This document shows, one piece after another, positions 14,090 through 24,876 of a DNA stretch of 64,000 nt. Location: NCBI GenBank assembly GCA_036867785.1, contig CP145422.1, forward strand, positions 930,001 to 994,000, given 5' to 3'. The DNA is from Plasmodiophora brassicae (taxonomy: Eukaryota). Every line of letters starts with the position of its first letter. Position 1 is the first letter of the stretch. The position numbers were made by a program, and so were the translations under genes. The notes under the pieces were generated by a model. It had not been told where the DNA came from and made no database searches. It worked only from the letters and a program-made list of their open reading frames with translations.

Positions 14090-14139
14090 AAGGTGCATTG
14101 CTTTTATATAACGGACAGTCACCGATGGACATCGGTCAC

Positions 14140-14510
14140 CCACGATGGTATTGTATCATGCGAGGGTGCTTCTGCGCAGGAGGTTGGGACACAGCAGCAC
14201 CCCGATATCGGAGAGAGCGCACGAGCCGCCCCGCCTCACCACATGGCCTCAGCCGACATACGTGTACACGGACGTGGTACCACCGATGGGCAGAAGACGG
14301 AAGAACGCGATCGATTATTGACGAGGAATAGTGTCCTGGCCGCGACAGTTGCCGCAGGATATCGCCCATGCCATCAGGCAGCGTTGGAATATTCCTGGGC
14401 GCCTCTGTCGATGCCGGCCTGGTCCTCTTGCGCCAGGAATGGGATGCCAACGGCATGCATGACCGTGATCACGTTTATGTTGCACATGTACAGCTGTAGC
14501 ATGAGAGCTT
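14140..14510 (-). pseudogene. Decayed 3' fragment of a PA-7TM family gene
   Basis: Reverse strand reads AVGIPFL…IAFFRLLPIGGTTSVYTYVG*…ARALS, matching family TM5-TM7 with stops and frameshifts. Confidence 0.65.
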
Positions 14511-14831
14511 GGCAAACGTATGGCGGTCCTGAAGTTGATCGATCCACGGGCGCGCTCTTCGATGATGAGAATCAGGGCGAGCCGTCGAAGCGAATTACTC
14601 TCTTATTAAACATTTTATACAACGCTATTGTGTCCACATTGCCTGCATTCCTGAGCGGAGCTGCGATTGTGGGCGAAAGAGGGACTCGGTCGAGATCCAT
14701 CGGATCGGGACTTCGCTCATTCGGCTGAACGCATACCGGCTATACGGGCTGCTGATTAATTGTTCACCAGCTTTAGGGTAAGGGAAACATGACCAGCGGG
14801 TTGGTTCACGGAATTGAATATACATATTCAG

Positions 14832-15916
14832 TTAGTTGGACCTCATAGCACCAACTGCCTGCAAAGGAATCGCTGTAGGAGCGTGTTTTCGTGCCGGAGG
14901 CGGCTGAGCCAGCAGTACTCGAAACAGACTGGTGAGAGCGCGTGCTGTTCCTCCTCCTCCCCAGAACAGCACCCAGCCGACACGTGTGTACACGAACGTG
15001 GTTATACCGATAGGCAGAAAACCGACAAATGCGATCATAGCTAGGGATAGACACAGTGTCCAACGGGACAGACGTCGAAGGAGCTCCTTCATGTCGCCAG
15101 AGGTACTGCTGGACCTGACTTGCTCCACAGTCTTCCCGACGATCTTCTGGAACTTCAGCCCCTGCAACAGGAACTGGATGCCGACGGCCAACTGCATGAC
15201 CATCACCAAGGTTGCTATGAACTGGTACATGTAGGGAATATTAACGTAGAGCGCGTTGCACAGGCACGCTGCCGTGTCAAATGCGACGGGTAGCGTACAA
15301 AGCGCGAGTTTAGCTAACCGGTTGCGATCCAAGAATCGGCCGAACCACGAATCGTGCCCACAGCCGGGCACCTCCTTGATAATCTTGGTCCACGATACGG
15401 CACTAAGAACATCGCAGGTGAAACCCCCCAGCCAGACAGACCAGTGATGAAGTATGATGTCACTTCCGTTGGCAGGATGGCATTGCTCTGCCACCCTCCA
15501 ATACCGATGACCGCGCAGAGAACGAATGTCGAGGTCATCTCGATTGCCAGGATCAGGTGGACGTTTGACAACCGTCCACCGATGAACTTGAAGAGTCGTT
15601 GACGTGTCCTCATGTCCTGCCTTGGGAATCGCGAGTTGAAATCCATATTCATGACGCTGAGGTGCCTGTGCAGGAAGGCGGCAGCAAGTACGGACGAGGC
15701 TCCTAATATTGTCGTCGGGATCCATCGAAGTAGGACCTGGACGTACCATCGATGATAATAGCCATCCCAATCACTTACATCAGGTAATTGTATGCTGGCC
15801 ACTATACGACGTTGTTGCCCGTCGAGCACGAGGTAGTCTGTAAACGAGGTACCCGGAGTATGCGGTTCCTCAACGGACACGCACAGCATTGTGCTCCTGC
15901 TCGAGTCTGGCTGATA
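14832..15916 (-). pseudogene. PA-7TM family copy, 3' half (split from 5' half at 23556-23965; frameshift ~15430)
   Basis: Begins YQPDSSRSTMLCVSVEEP, exactly where the fragment at 23560 stops (HFYTSNRY). Covers TM1-TM7 in two frames. Confidence 0.85.
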
Positions 15917-15981
15917 TCAGCCACAAATCGACAACACCGTTAAAGTCGTCCTCATCGATTGCAATTGTCCGACTTAAACGC

Positions 15982-17110
15982 TTAGATCTCCATGAATGGC
16001 TTTACCGACCAAGAGCACACGCCCCGAATGGAAAAGTTCGACAACAGCACGTGGCACAAGATACCTGCCATCGGCATCCCTTTCTCTTTGGCAAAAACGC
16101 GGTCAATCTGAACAGCGAAGGCACCTTTTGACTGACCAAACTCGGATGACAGACCCAGGACATCACATTGAGCCGTATTGTCTCCATTCCATTCGCAGTC
16201 AAGAGATAAAACGTGTGCATCACTGTCGTTCACCGAAGAAAGATCTGCTAGAACGCTGTTAGCCAGGGCGACCAGTTGCACCATATCAGTGATCGGCTGT
16301 GCTAGGGGCGAGTCGGCGATGTAGTCGACAGACCGGGCAGAGGAGCGAGCGGATCGCAACAGCGACGGGCATACGCGCTCAAGCATTGCCCGATCTGTAT
16401 GAAAACGGTCGGTGTTCCAAATGATTGGCAACGCGTAACCGTACGAAGATAAGCTTTTGCAGATGCCAGATACGACCGGCTCAACCTCGTCGTTGTGGCC
16501 GCTGCCCATTTGGAATGTGAACGAACGAATCATTACGTCCTCGTTGGTCACCTTATGCATGGAATTCAAGGTGCGCCCGCCAAGGATAGGCGTAAGCATT
16601 TTCACGGTCTTCATTGTGTGATCTGAAGATGCGATCTTGCATGGTAGAATCTCCATACAGTGGTCCAGCAAACTGTTTCCCAGCAAGCACTGCAAGAGCT
16701 CCCTTTGCGAGTGAAGTTGAACGCGGTTCCGAACTAACGCCAGATTCACCAGCACCAGAGATCGCTGACCCAGAACCAACGGAAGGCGCCGGGTCAGTCG
16801 TCTACCACAGAAGTCGATAGTGACCCAGCAGGACGAGAATCATCTGCAGGATCCGCAGATGGAACAGCCACGGCCGGTACCCTGACCAATCCAGCGGGCT
16901 ATCGGCGGGCGGCGCAACGTCAACCGAAGAGTTGGACTCAGCTGGGTGTCTAGAACCCCGAACAAAGAATTCCATGGCATGTCGAGCTTCGCGCTGCCTG
17001 GCTTGTTGACGCTCCAACACGACCGCATTGGTCGGGCGACCGCTGCCTGGGCGCTTGCCGCCCCGGGCCATGCCGCCGCTCTTCTTGCGATTGCGTGCGG
17101 ATCCCCCCAT
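15982..17110 (-). pseudogene. Fragmented transposon-like ORF with AT-hook-like N-terminus and truncated DEDD 3'-5' exonuclease-like segment
   Basis: MARGGKRPGSGRP; TNE…IR…YG…TD…LE…PSL; VLSLDCEW (Exo I-like motif). Broken into several frames. Confidence 0.4.
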
Positions 17111-17173
17111 GGGATAACGTTACATACCTACATACATCCCAAGGCGCTCAGTTGCCACAACGCACGTAAACGA

Positions 17174-17398
17174 CGGGAGGTCCGTGATTTACCGGGGTGA
17201 TAGGTCCCAGTGGCTTCGTGAAGTGCGTCAGTGCCTTCGTAAAAAGTGCGTCCAGTGCCTTCGTAGATTGCGCCCAGTGCGTTCGTAAAAAGTGCGTGTG
17301 AGCGCGGGAGGTCCGTGATTGGGTGATAGGTCCCAGTGGCTTCGTGAAGTGCGTCAGTGCCTTCGTAAAAAGTGCGTCCAGTGTCTTCGTTGATTGTG
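17174..17398. repeat. Nested tandem repeat: ~21-24 bp units CAGTGCCTTCGTAAAAAGTGCGT inside a ~130 bp duplication
   Basis: CGGGAGGTCCGTGATT…GGTCCCAGTGGCTTCGTGAAGTGCGTCAGTGCCTTCGTAAAAAGTGCGTCCAGTG occurs at ~17174 and ~17305. Confidence 0.85.
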
Positions 17399-17490
17399 CG
17401 CTGGTTCCAGGCATGCCTATTTTTGGTCACGGACTTCTGCCATGGGGGTGACCGCGCAGGCAGGCAGACGCGCCTGCAGTCGTGCGAAGC

Positions 17491-18367
17491 ATGGTGTCGT
17501 TGCAGGTCGTCGCGTTCTGGGCCAGTACAGTGGCCGCGCTTGCGCGTTCGCTGTCGATCAGCGGACGCGGTCGGTGCCCGACTATCGACGGGGTCGGTGA
17601 CGATCCATCCGCGCCGGGGCACGTTTCGCAGCAGAAGTGTTCGTGCGCCGGGCTGTGCGCGTGCGGCAGCGTCTGACGGGTCTGGTGCAGGTTTCCTGGA
17701 TGCGATCTCGCTGGACGTATTCGAGTGTCCTGTCGTTGCCAGTGATGGGAACACGTACTCCTGGTCGGGGCTGAAGCAGTGGTGCGCGGGCGCCAGTCGA
17801 GGGCCGTGCAGGTCGCCGGTCGACACGAACGGGCCGAACCTATCCGAGATCGTGTTCCCGAACAGCGGTCTGGCCGACATCATGTCCCAGTGGCAAGCGT
17901 CCATCTACCCAGCGCTCCTGCGCGGTGAGGTCCCCAAAGCGATTCAGAAATGGCGGTCCCCGCCGGTGCTGATGGTCGACCTGCATGGGAGGTCCCTGAA
18001 GACGAGCAGGGAGCCCAGGGCGCCACACAGGCACGTCTACCCGAACCGGGCCCTGTCATGCATCGTGCAGCGTGCCGTGGCCATCGCGGAACAGAATAAC
18101 CGGCCGGACCCGAAGTCGCTGCGGGTGATGATGTGGGCGCTGATTGCATCGGGAATCGTTATCGTCGTTCTGTTCGTCGTCGTTGCCGTTTGCCTTCTAC
18201 GACGACGGCTGGCGAGTCGACCGTCGAAATACGCGGACCTGGTCAGCAACCAGCCGCCCAGTTACCAGGACCTGGTCCCTGAACATGTGCCCGAAGTCGT
18301 TCAGGAGCAGGCTGATGGTGCCGTCCGGCAAGCAAGTCGCGAAGTCGCCCACCAGGACCGTCGATGA
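17491..18367 (+). CDS. Signal peptide + U-box domain + single TM protein (predicted intron 17639-17690)
   Basis: MVSLQVVAFWASTVAALARS; FLDAISLDVFECPVVASDGNTYS…KQW…SPV…VFPN.GL..IMSQW (U-box); TM ALIASGIVIVVLFVVVAVCLL followed by RRR. Confidence 0.6.
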
Positions 18368-19012
18368 ATTTTGTGATAGAGGAACGCTTGATGTGTCACT
18401 GCTGCACGCGCGCTGTGTGGAGTCTGGTGTGTAGATCGTGCGCATCTAACAACGTTCGTTGTTCATATCGGGGCGCCTCATTTCAACAGGTTGGGATGTC
18501 CTCAGTACGACCATGCGGTTGACAGGGGGATCGGCCTTCTTTCGATGAAATTCGCATCCATGTCGGTCCAATCATGCGGCAAAGCCGATATCACGCTCAG
18601 CGCTGTTCCCTGCACCAATCGAGGAAGTAGCCGTGCTTTACAATCATAGAGTTACGGTTCACAGTGCAACGCTTGCCGCCCAGTGCGATTACCGTCCTGT
18701 CGCAATCCATTAACGATATCGTTGAAATTCTGCAGGACTTGCCGCCGTGGATGACCGCCTGCATCGCTTCTTTGTACGACGGCCCTTGCAAACGTCGAAC
18801 TTTCAGGTACACGACAATCGGCACTGTACTTGACCAGGTACATCAATAATGCCATCGCCTTGACATTTGGAAAAGGCGCCTGCGTGAAAAGCGCGAACCC
18901 CAAATAAACTTGACATTTGCTGACAAACCCTTGACGTCGTTAGCTTTCTTGACGACCCAGCCGTCGGCTCGTTTGATGGGCGCCGCCACCGTCCGCTGCC
19001 CCTGCAGGTGGC

Positions 19013-19468
19013 GAACGAACAGTTTCGGCTGGTGGGCATTGATCGCCCTGTTCCGGCCACAGTGAACGTCACGGTACGCGCTGTATAGCAGAAGATGAAT
19101 GCCACCGCCTGATGGGCGTGTATACCGGTTTCCTGCATACGCAGCCAGCTGGTCCCGGCCGGCCGCGGGTGTCTCCGTCGCCACCACTTCGATGTAGTTC
19201 GCGTTAGCACGGTTGGCGTGTACGAACGGGCACGGGCTTTCAGATTCACGACAGCCGCGCTACGATCGCGTTCCATAACGCGAACTATATCGAAGTGGTG
19301 GCGACGGAGACACCGGCGGCAGGTCGGGACCCCCTGGCTGCGTATGCAGGTAACCGGTATACACGCCTATCAGGCTCCTACATTAACCTTCCGCTGGGCA
19401 GCGCCCGCCGTGTCGTTCACGGCGGGGAACAGGGCGATCACAGCGCACCAGCTGAAATTACTGTTCGT
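19013..19468. repeat. Imperfect inverted repeat (~190 bp arms, ~69 bp spacer); third diverged copy ~21980-22250
   Basis: 19276-19468 (TAACGCGAACTATATCGAAGTGGTGGCGACGGAGACACC…) is the reverse complement of ~19013-19206. Confidence 0.85.
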
Positions 19469-19626
19469 TGGCCACTGTGGCGCTGTCCACGGCCCCCGAC
19501 TACCCGTATTTTACAAAGAATACGACCCCCCCCTTGAACACGACCCCCCCCAGAACATGCGTAATGCGGATTGGACGCTGCTGTCGCCGTGGACCTACCT
19601 ACGGCATTTTGCAGGATAGCTGCTCA

Positions 19627-20025
19627 ATGCGTGTTGAGATTGTTGGTCTGAACTACACAGACAGTGGTCGCTCCTGCGAGCGTCATCCTGATGGATGTGG
19701 ACATTCTGTGAAAGCGTCCGACGTGCTGCGTCTCGTGCCGGTGCTCCTCCAGCGACACGACCAGGTAAATGGCCAGTGGGTCCCTGTATCCCAGGAGCAG
19801 GCGGTCGCCGTCCATACAGTCGAAACCCCTTCTTGCAGAGTAGCATTCCTGCCAAAATCAATGTTATGGCGTCAGGATGAACTTCTGGACAAAATGCTTG
19901 TGGTCGAGAGCCTGGGCAAAGATAGCGAGCTTCGTCATACCAGAGCGCGGTCTCAGAGACGTGGAGGGTCGGCCGTGTGCCTATGCCTCGATGTAATCAA
20001 GCAAAACTGCATTCGAACTGAATAA
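19627..20025 (+). CDS. Second ORF inside the pogo element, Cys/His-containing, possibly HIRAN-like
   Basis: MRVEIVGLNYTDSGRSCERHPDGCG…D.LRLV…EQAVAV…CRVAFLPK; convergent with the transposase. Confidence 0.5.
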   Translation: MRVEIVGLNYTDSGRSCERHPDGCGHSVKASDVLRLVPVLLQRHDQVNGQWVPVSQEQAVAVHTVETPSCRVAFLPKSMLWRQDELLDKMLVVESLGKDSELRHTRARSQRRGGSAVCLCLDVIKQNCIRTE

Positions 20026-20092
20026 AGAACGCGATTTGCTGTTTATAACAACAAAGGATTGGTCTCGTTTCATCGCACGCTCTGGGATACGC

Positions 20093-21451
20093 TCAGTTGA
20101 CCCTGAACCCGACCGCGCTCCACGTGTTAGTAATTGATACGGCAGTGACCTCGTTCCACGCCGCAACAGCCCACTCGCGAACGAGTGGACGCGTGACCTT
20201 TGGAACTACGTTCGGGCATCGTTGCATTTCGGAGTGCAACCAGTTTTCCCACAGGCATCGGACGCGATCCTTGAAGGGCTTGTTAACACCAACGTCCAGG
20301 ACTTGAACGCGACCGGTGTAGCGAGGCTCAACAATGTCAACCTCAACGCCGTGTTGGGCCAGAGCGTCAATTACCGGCGGGCATTTGTGCGCCGACATGT
20401 CGTCCAGGAGAAGGAGTGAGGTCATCCGTCTTCCACCCACCCATGGACGGATGATCAGGTCGACGTAAGCCCTCATGCCTCTTTCATCGTTCCAGTTCTT
20501 TTGCTGGACGATACAGCGGTGACCATCACCCTTCTGGGCGTCGAGCAGTCGGAGCTCTTTCTCGATCCGCCCTCCAGGGACGCCTGCCATCAGAATGAGA
20601 TCGAAGAAAAACGACGCCAACTCATAGTGCTACCTCTGAAAATGATGAGCATGCCGAGCTTGTCCCCCTCCATCGACACGGTTAAGCACACAGTTGCACT
20701 GCTGCTTGAACCGGTCGTCCTGCATCGAATGGTGCGAGCTCCCCTCAGAGCAAGAGTCGATGACTTCGGTTGGTCAAACGGTAGGGAGGTCTCGTCCATG
20801 TTCAACAGCAGATGCGGATCTATGATTCCAAGATCCCAGACGAAGTTGTTGACCGACGACAGGTAGTCACGAACAACGTCCTCGTCGTAGCGAGTATTCT
20901 GGGCGACCCGAGTGTACCGTCTCTCGACGAGCTTGGCGTTCCGATGCAGATAACGTCGTATTTTCTGCTCGGACGCCTGCGCGTTCGTGATGGACGCGGC
21001 ATACTGAGGACAACGTCTGGGATACACACGAATAAGTAATGTGTAACTGGCCGTAACGGTTAACTTACGATGTGACAAACCGGTGAACGGCTTTGACGTT
21101 GATGTTGAGGTCAGAACTGCCCAAGTATTTGACATGTTCCTCTATCGTCTCCTTCACGTCTGCCGGTAGTGTCGACATTCTGCCGTGAGACCGCGTCCTT
21201 CGCTTAGACGTTCGCGTGCTGAACGGTTCGAACCGAATGATCCCTTCATCGTCGTTGTTGTCGCTCGACGTTTCGTCGGTCGGACCCATTAAGTTTTTTC
21301 GCCAGTCACGAATTTGACACGGTTTGATGTCATACTCACGTGCCGTTGCCTTGATGTTGCCACGAGCTGTGGCGGAACGGACAATGGCCCGCTTCTGTTT
21401 GACGGTGTGCAGGCAGCGTCGCCGGGCAACGCCTTCGTTGTCCTTCCCCAT
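20093..21451 (-). CDS. pogo-family DDE transposase (two predicted introns ~21017-21068 and ~20584-20633)
   Basis: N-terminal HTH (KATAREYDIKPCQIRDWRK) and catalytic LNMDET, LLLLDD..H, QVLDVGVNKPFK. GT-AG introns join the three ORF pieces. Confidence 0.85.
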
Positions 21452-23555
21452 TTAGCTACAATCAAAAATGCGCGCCGTCTGCGCGCCGTTCACTTCAACA
21501 GCGCTGGGGTAACCCCTCCCTTCCGACTGTCACCCAACGCAGCGTGCCAACGATAAACGCCAAGAACGAGACAAAGGCAGTTTCGAACTCGTCTCGCCGC
21601 AAGGAATCCAACGAACGAAACTCTGACGTACAAAACCTTATATCTGCCAAATATTACATTTAACAAGACCCCCACCCCCAAATGACAGCGAGCGGAAAGT
21701 CCGCGGAGAACATTAGGGGGGGTCGTATTCTTTGTAAAATACGGTACGGCCACTACCTGACCGCGTAGCGCGCGCCGCGTCAGGCCGTCGACAAAACGCC
21801 CTGAACGAGCACGTGTCTTCCCAGTAGCCCCAAATCAGGACCCGACTCCGCCCGGCCAAGGCAGACGGCGGACGTCATTCTACATAGAGAGTCGCTGTCC
21901 AGCGTTGACGTCGTTCACGATTGGTTTGTAAACCACCCGCAGTTAGTCACCCTGGGTCGGTCATCACACCTTCAGCGGCTTGGTTTACTACCCAGCCGTC
22001 GTCTCGCTTAACCAGATCCGCTACCGTTCGTTCCGGATGCAGCTGACGAGCGTAAAGTTTCAGCCGGTGGGCGGTGATCGTCCTGTTCGCGGCCGCGGTG
22101 AACGTCACGGTCGGCGCTGCACAGCAGAAGGTAAATGCAAGAACTCGCTTATAGCCGTGTATTATACCGTTACCTGCGTATGCAGCCAGCTGGTCCTGGC
22201 CCGCCGCGCGCGGGTATCGCGGTCGGCACTGTTTCGACGTAATTGGTGTTCTGGAACGACATGATTGCCCGGCCGGGTATGTTCTCAACAACGACATGTA
22301 CGTGTTCAGTTGTTCGCGCGGCGCGCCGCCCAGCATGGCTTCGGAGCTGCTTGACTGCACTCGACGTCGCCTGCATGGAAACGACGATACTGCTGGACTT
22401 GGTTGTCCTTGACAACAACGTGGGCAACCGAATTAGAAGGCACGACGCCGGTGCAGAAACGCTATGAGCGTACCGGGAACGCGCGAAGTAACAGGCAACG
22501 CGATGGCTGTCAGGACGAAGAGGTGTCTGGGCCGGGCACGACATGTCTGCCAAGCCGGCTGGAGCGCCGATAAGCACGGTTGTGCCCGCAGGTGTGCTAA
22601 CCGGCCCCCGCCGATGGCCCCTGCGGCGGTCAGATGCAAGAGTCGCGACGCCAACCGCCGAACGGGACCATACTTCGGCCTCATCCTTCTGCAATGGGTC
22701 GTCACGCTTGACCCCCTACAGGAGCATGCCGATGGTGGTGTCGTTCCAGCGAGCAACGAGGTCGCCGTCCAGGAGCGCCGACGACGTGTGTGATAGAGGA
22801 GCTCTTAATGTATCACTGCTGTACGTCGTGTGTTGCGAGGACGTTAGGTGGCCGGGTGCGGGGCGGGCGAATGAGACCCGGGACGGGACACCACAGCGCC
22901 ATCGTGAGACGACGTCAGGTCCAGCCCGATGACCTTGACCCGCAGCAGGAATCGCCCGTCGGCCAGACGTTCCATGCGGTCCAATGCGATCGGCTCCGTC
23001 CACTGGCAGAACAGGCCGACGGCCTAGACCGAAAACGGCATCGTCAGCTGACAATGGCCAGCGACGGACGACGGCGTACCTCGTCGTAGAGGTTCAGGTG
23101 GTGGCTGGTCAGCGATTCGACCGGCAGCGTGCAGACCGACTTGACGTACTCGCAGGCGACCTGCGGCGACACTGACGTCGTATCACAGATCAGAACGGGG
23201 GGACATCGCAGCGAGCGGCCTACGTACATGGCTGACATCGCGGCCATCGTAGCGGCTGGAGGCCCTGGCCGGAGAACCCCTCCGCCGTCGGCACGATGAC
23301 GACGGACACGCGTTCGCAGGCATCGTCGGCCGGGCGGGCGCGTTTCGACTCGGGCGGGGCGCCAGGCGTCGACGACGCCATGCGTTTGGCGTTCGGCAGG
23401 CCGCGGTTCGCCCTGATGTCGTCGTAGAAGAACGTCAGCATGGCGTCGACGACGGCCTGGTGCAGCTGGCGGCCGGTCGGCGACGCCGGGTCCCAGTCGC
23501 CGCTGCGCAGGACCTCGGGCCGGCAGCTGTCGACCAGGCGCCTGCGCTCGCGCTC

Positions 23556-23965
23556 GATACCGGTTGCTGGTGTAGAAATGCATCGGGTCCGAGACGTCGT
23601 ACCCATTGGGGAAGAGTTGAATCCAAGCCGCAACGCCCTTGTCGTACAGCAGATTGTACATCTTTGATACAGGGCAGCCGACAATCGGCGCATTGCTGGA
23701 AGACACCAGTAACAATGCAACCTCGTGCCTCATCTGGAACGTCGCCGTTCGTAGTACACAGATTATCGCCGTTCACAATTATGAGCTCGGTGGTGACGTT
23801 GGGCACGACTGCATCAGGTCGCTGTGGGCCGAGATACTTGTTATACGGAACGCTTCTCAGATGGATTCCAGCAAACGGCGAGTCGACTGGCTCAACGATG
23901 ACCATACCTCCGTCCACCTCTACCGACAGGCATAATAGAAGGCCGACGAGACCCGGTCGGATCAT
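23556..23965 (-). pseudogene. PA-7TM family copy, 5' half (signal peptide + PA domain; frameshift ~23710)
   Basis: MIRPGLVGLLLCLSVEVDGGMVIVEPVDSPFAGIHLRSVPYNKYLGPQ…FPNGYDVSDPMHFYTSNRY, then abrupt loss of homology. Confidence 0.85.
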
Positions 23966-24876
23966 GATATTGGCGTCTGTACGCATGGTTGGGCAAATCT
24001 TGGTACACACGTTCGACCTCTATATCCTGGCGCCCTAGCTCGTACCTCATCACCATCATGGGCCCCGGTGTTCTGCAAGTCGTCAAGTTATGTTTTCTGC
24101 TAATGACCGTGCTGCAGCCTTTGGCAACGATTCACAACATAGGGGTAGTGCGAGTACGAGCAGTACTGATTCCACTTTCCGCCCAGAGAGGTGCAACATA
24201 ATGTGTAAATATGTAGCGAAAGGCTGTGTACGTCGGCAGGTAGAACTTTGACGTTCTCGGCCATAGGCTGTAGCGATACGAACGTTGCGCTCTTCGTCTC
24301 ACCCGCCGCGGATCGCGAACCGACAAGCGTCTGAGGCATCGGGTTACAATTCTACTGGAAACGGGCAGTAGAATACAGCTACCGTTTGAGCGTATAGACG
24401 ATGGCCACAGCGGCTGCTGCCCCAATTCCCTGGCCAAAGACGGCCCTAGCGAGAGCATAACAAGGCTTCGTTTGCGGGCCCAGTAGAGTTCACAACGACA
24501 AGGGATGCTCAAAGGCATATCAGGGGACGTCGTTAGTCGTTACTATCGTGCCACATGTTCACTGTTCGTACCGCGGATGAATTTGAAGAGTAAAGTGCTG
24601 ACAGGAACAAGAGCGTCTATTCATGACCATAACACACACACCCTGCACGAGTTTGGTAGTAAATCATATCGGCCCACCTCATAATTCCACTAATTAACCT
24701 CTCGGTTGATAATGCTCCTGCGAATCGCCATGCGGAAGGCGCGGGCAGCCCATTTCCATTTGCAACGGGGCAGTTATAAGCTGTTTCTGTAGCGCGGAGG
24801 CGATACGTACAATGGGAACTGAAGGACGTGTCGCCCGCTCTATTTTCAAGGCCTGCCGGCGTTTCACGAAGACGTT

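Larger units (their letters stand above)
19503..21744 (-). mobile_element. pogo-like (Tc1/mariner superfamily) DNA transposon
   Basis: ~29 bp TIRs CCGTATTTTACAAAGAATACGACCCCCCC at both ends, flanked by TA (19501-19502, 21745-21746); internal DDE transposase. Confidence 0.92.
15917..23555. mobile_element. 7.6 kb composite insertion interrupting one PA-7TM gene
   Basis: The flanks rejoin into contiguous family sequence (…FYTSNRY|QPD…). GATA occurs at both junctions (15913-15916, 23556-23559). No terminal inverted repeats seen. Confidence 0.75.

Noticed and set aside
17174-17398. Possible CRISPR array
   Set aside because: Units are degenerate and abut without unique spacers, there are no cas genes, and the context is eukaryotic.
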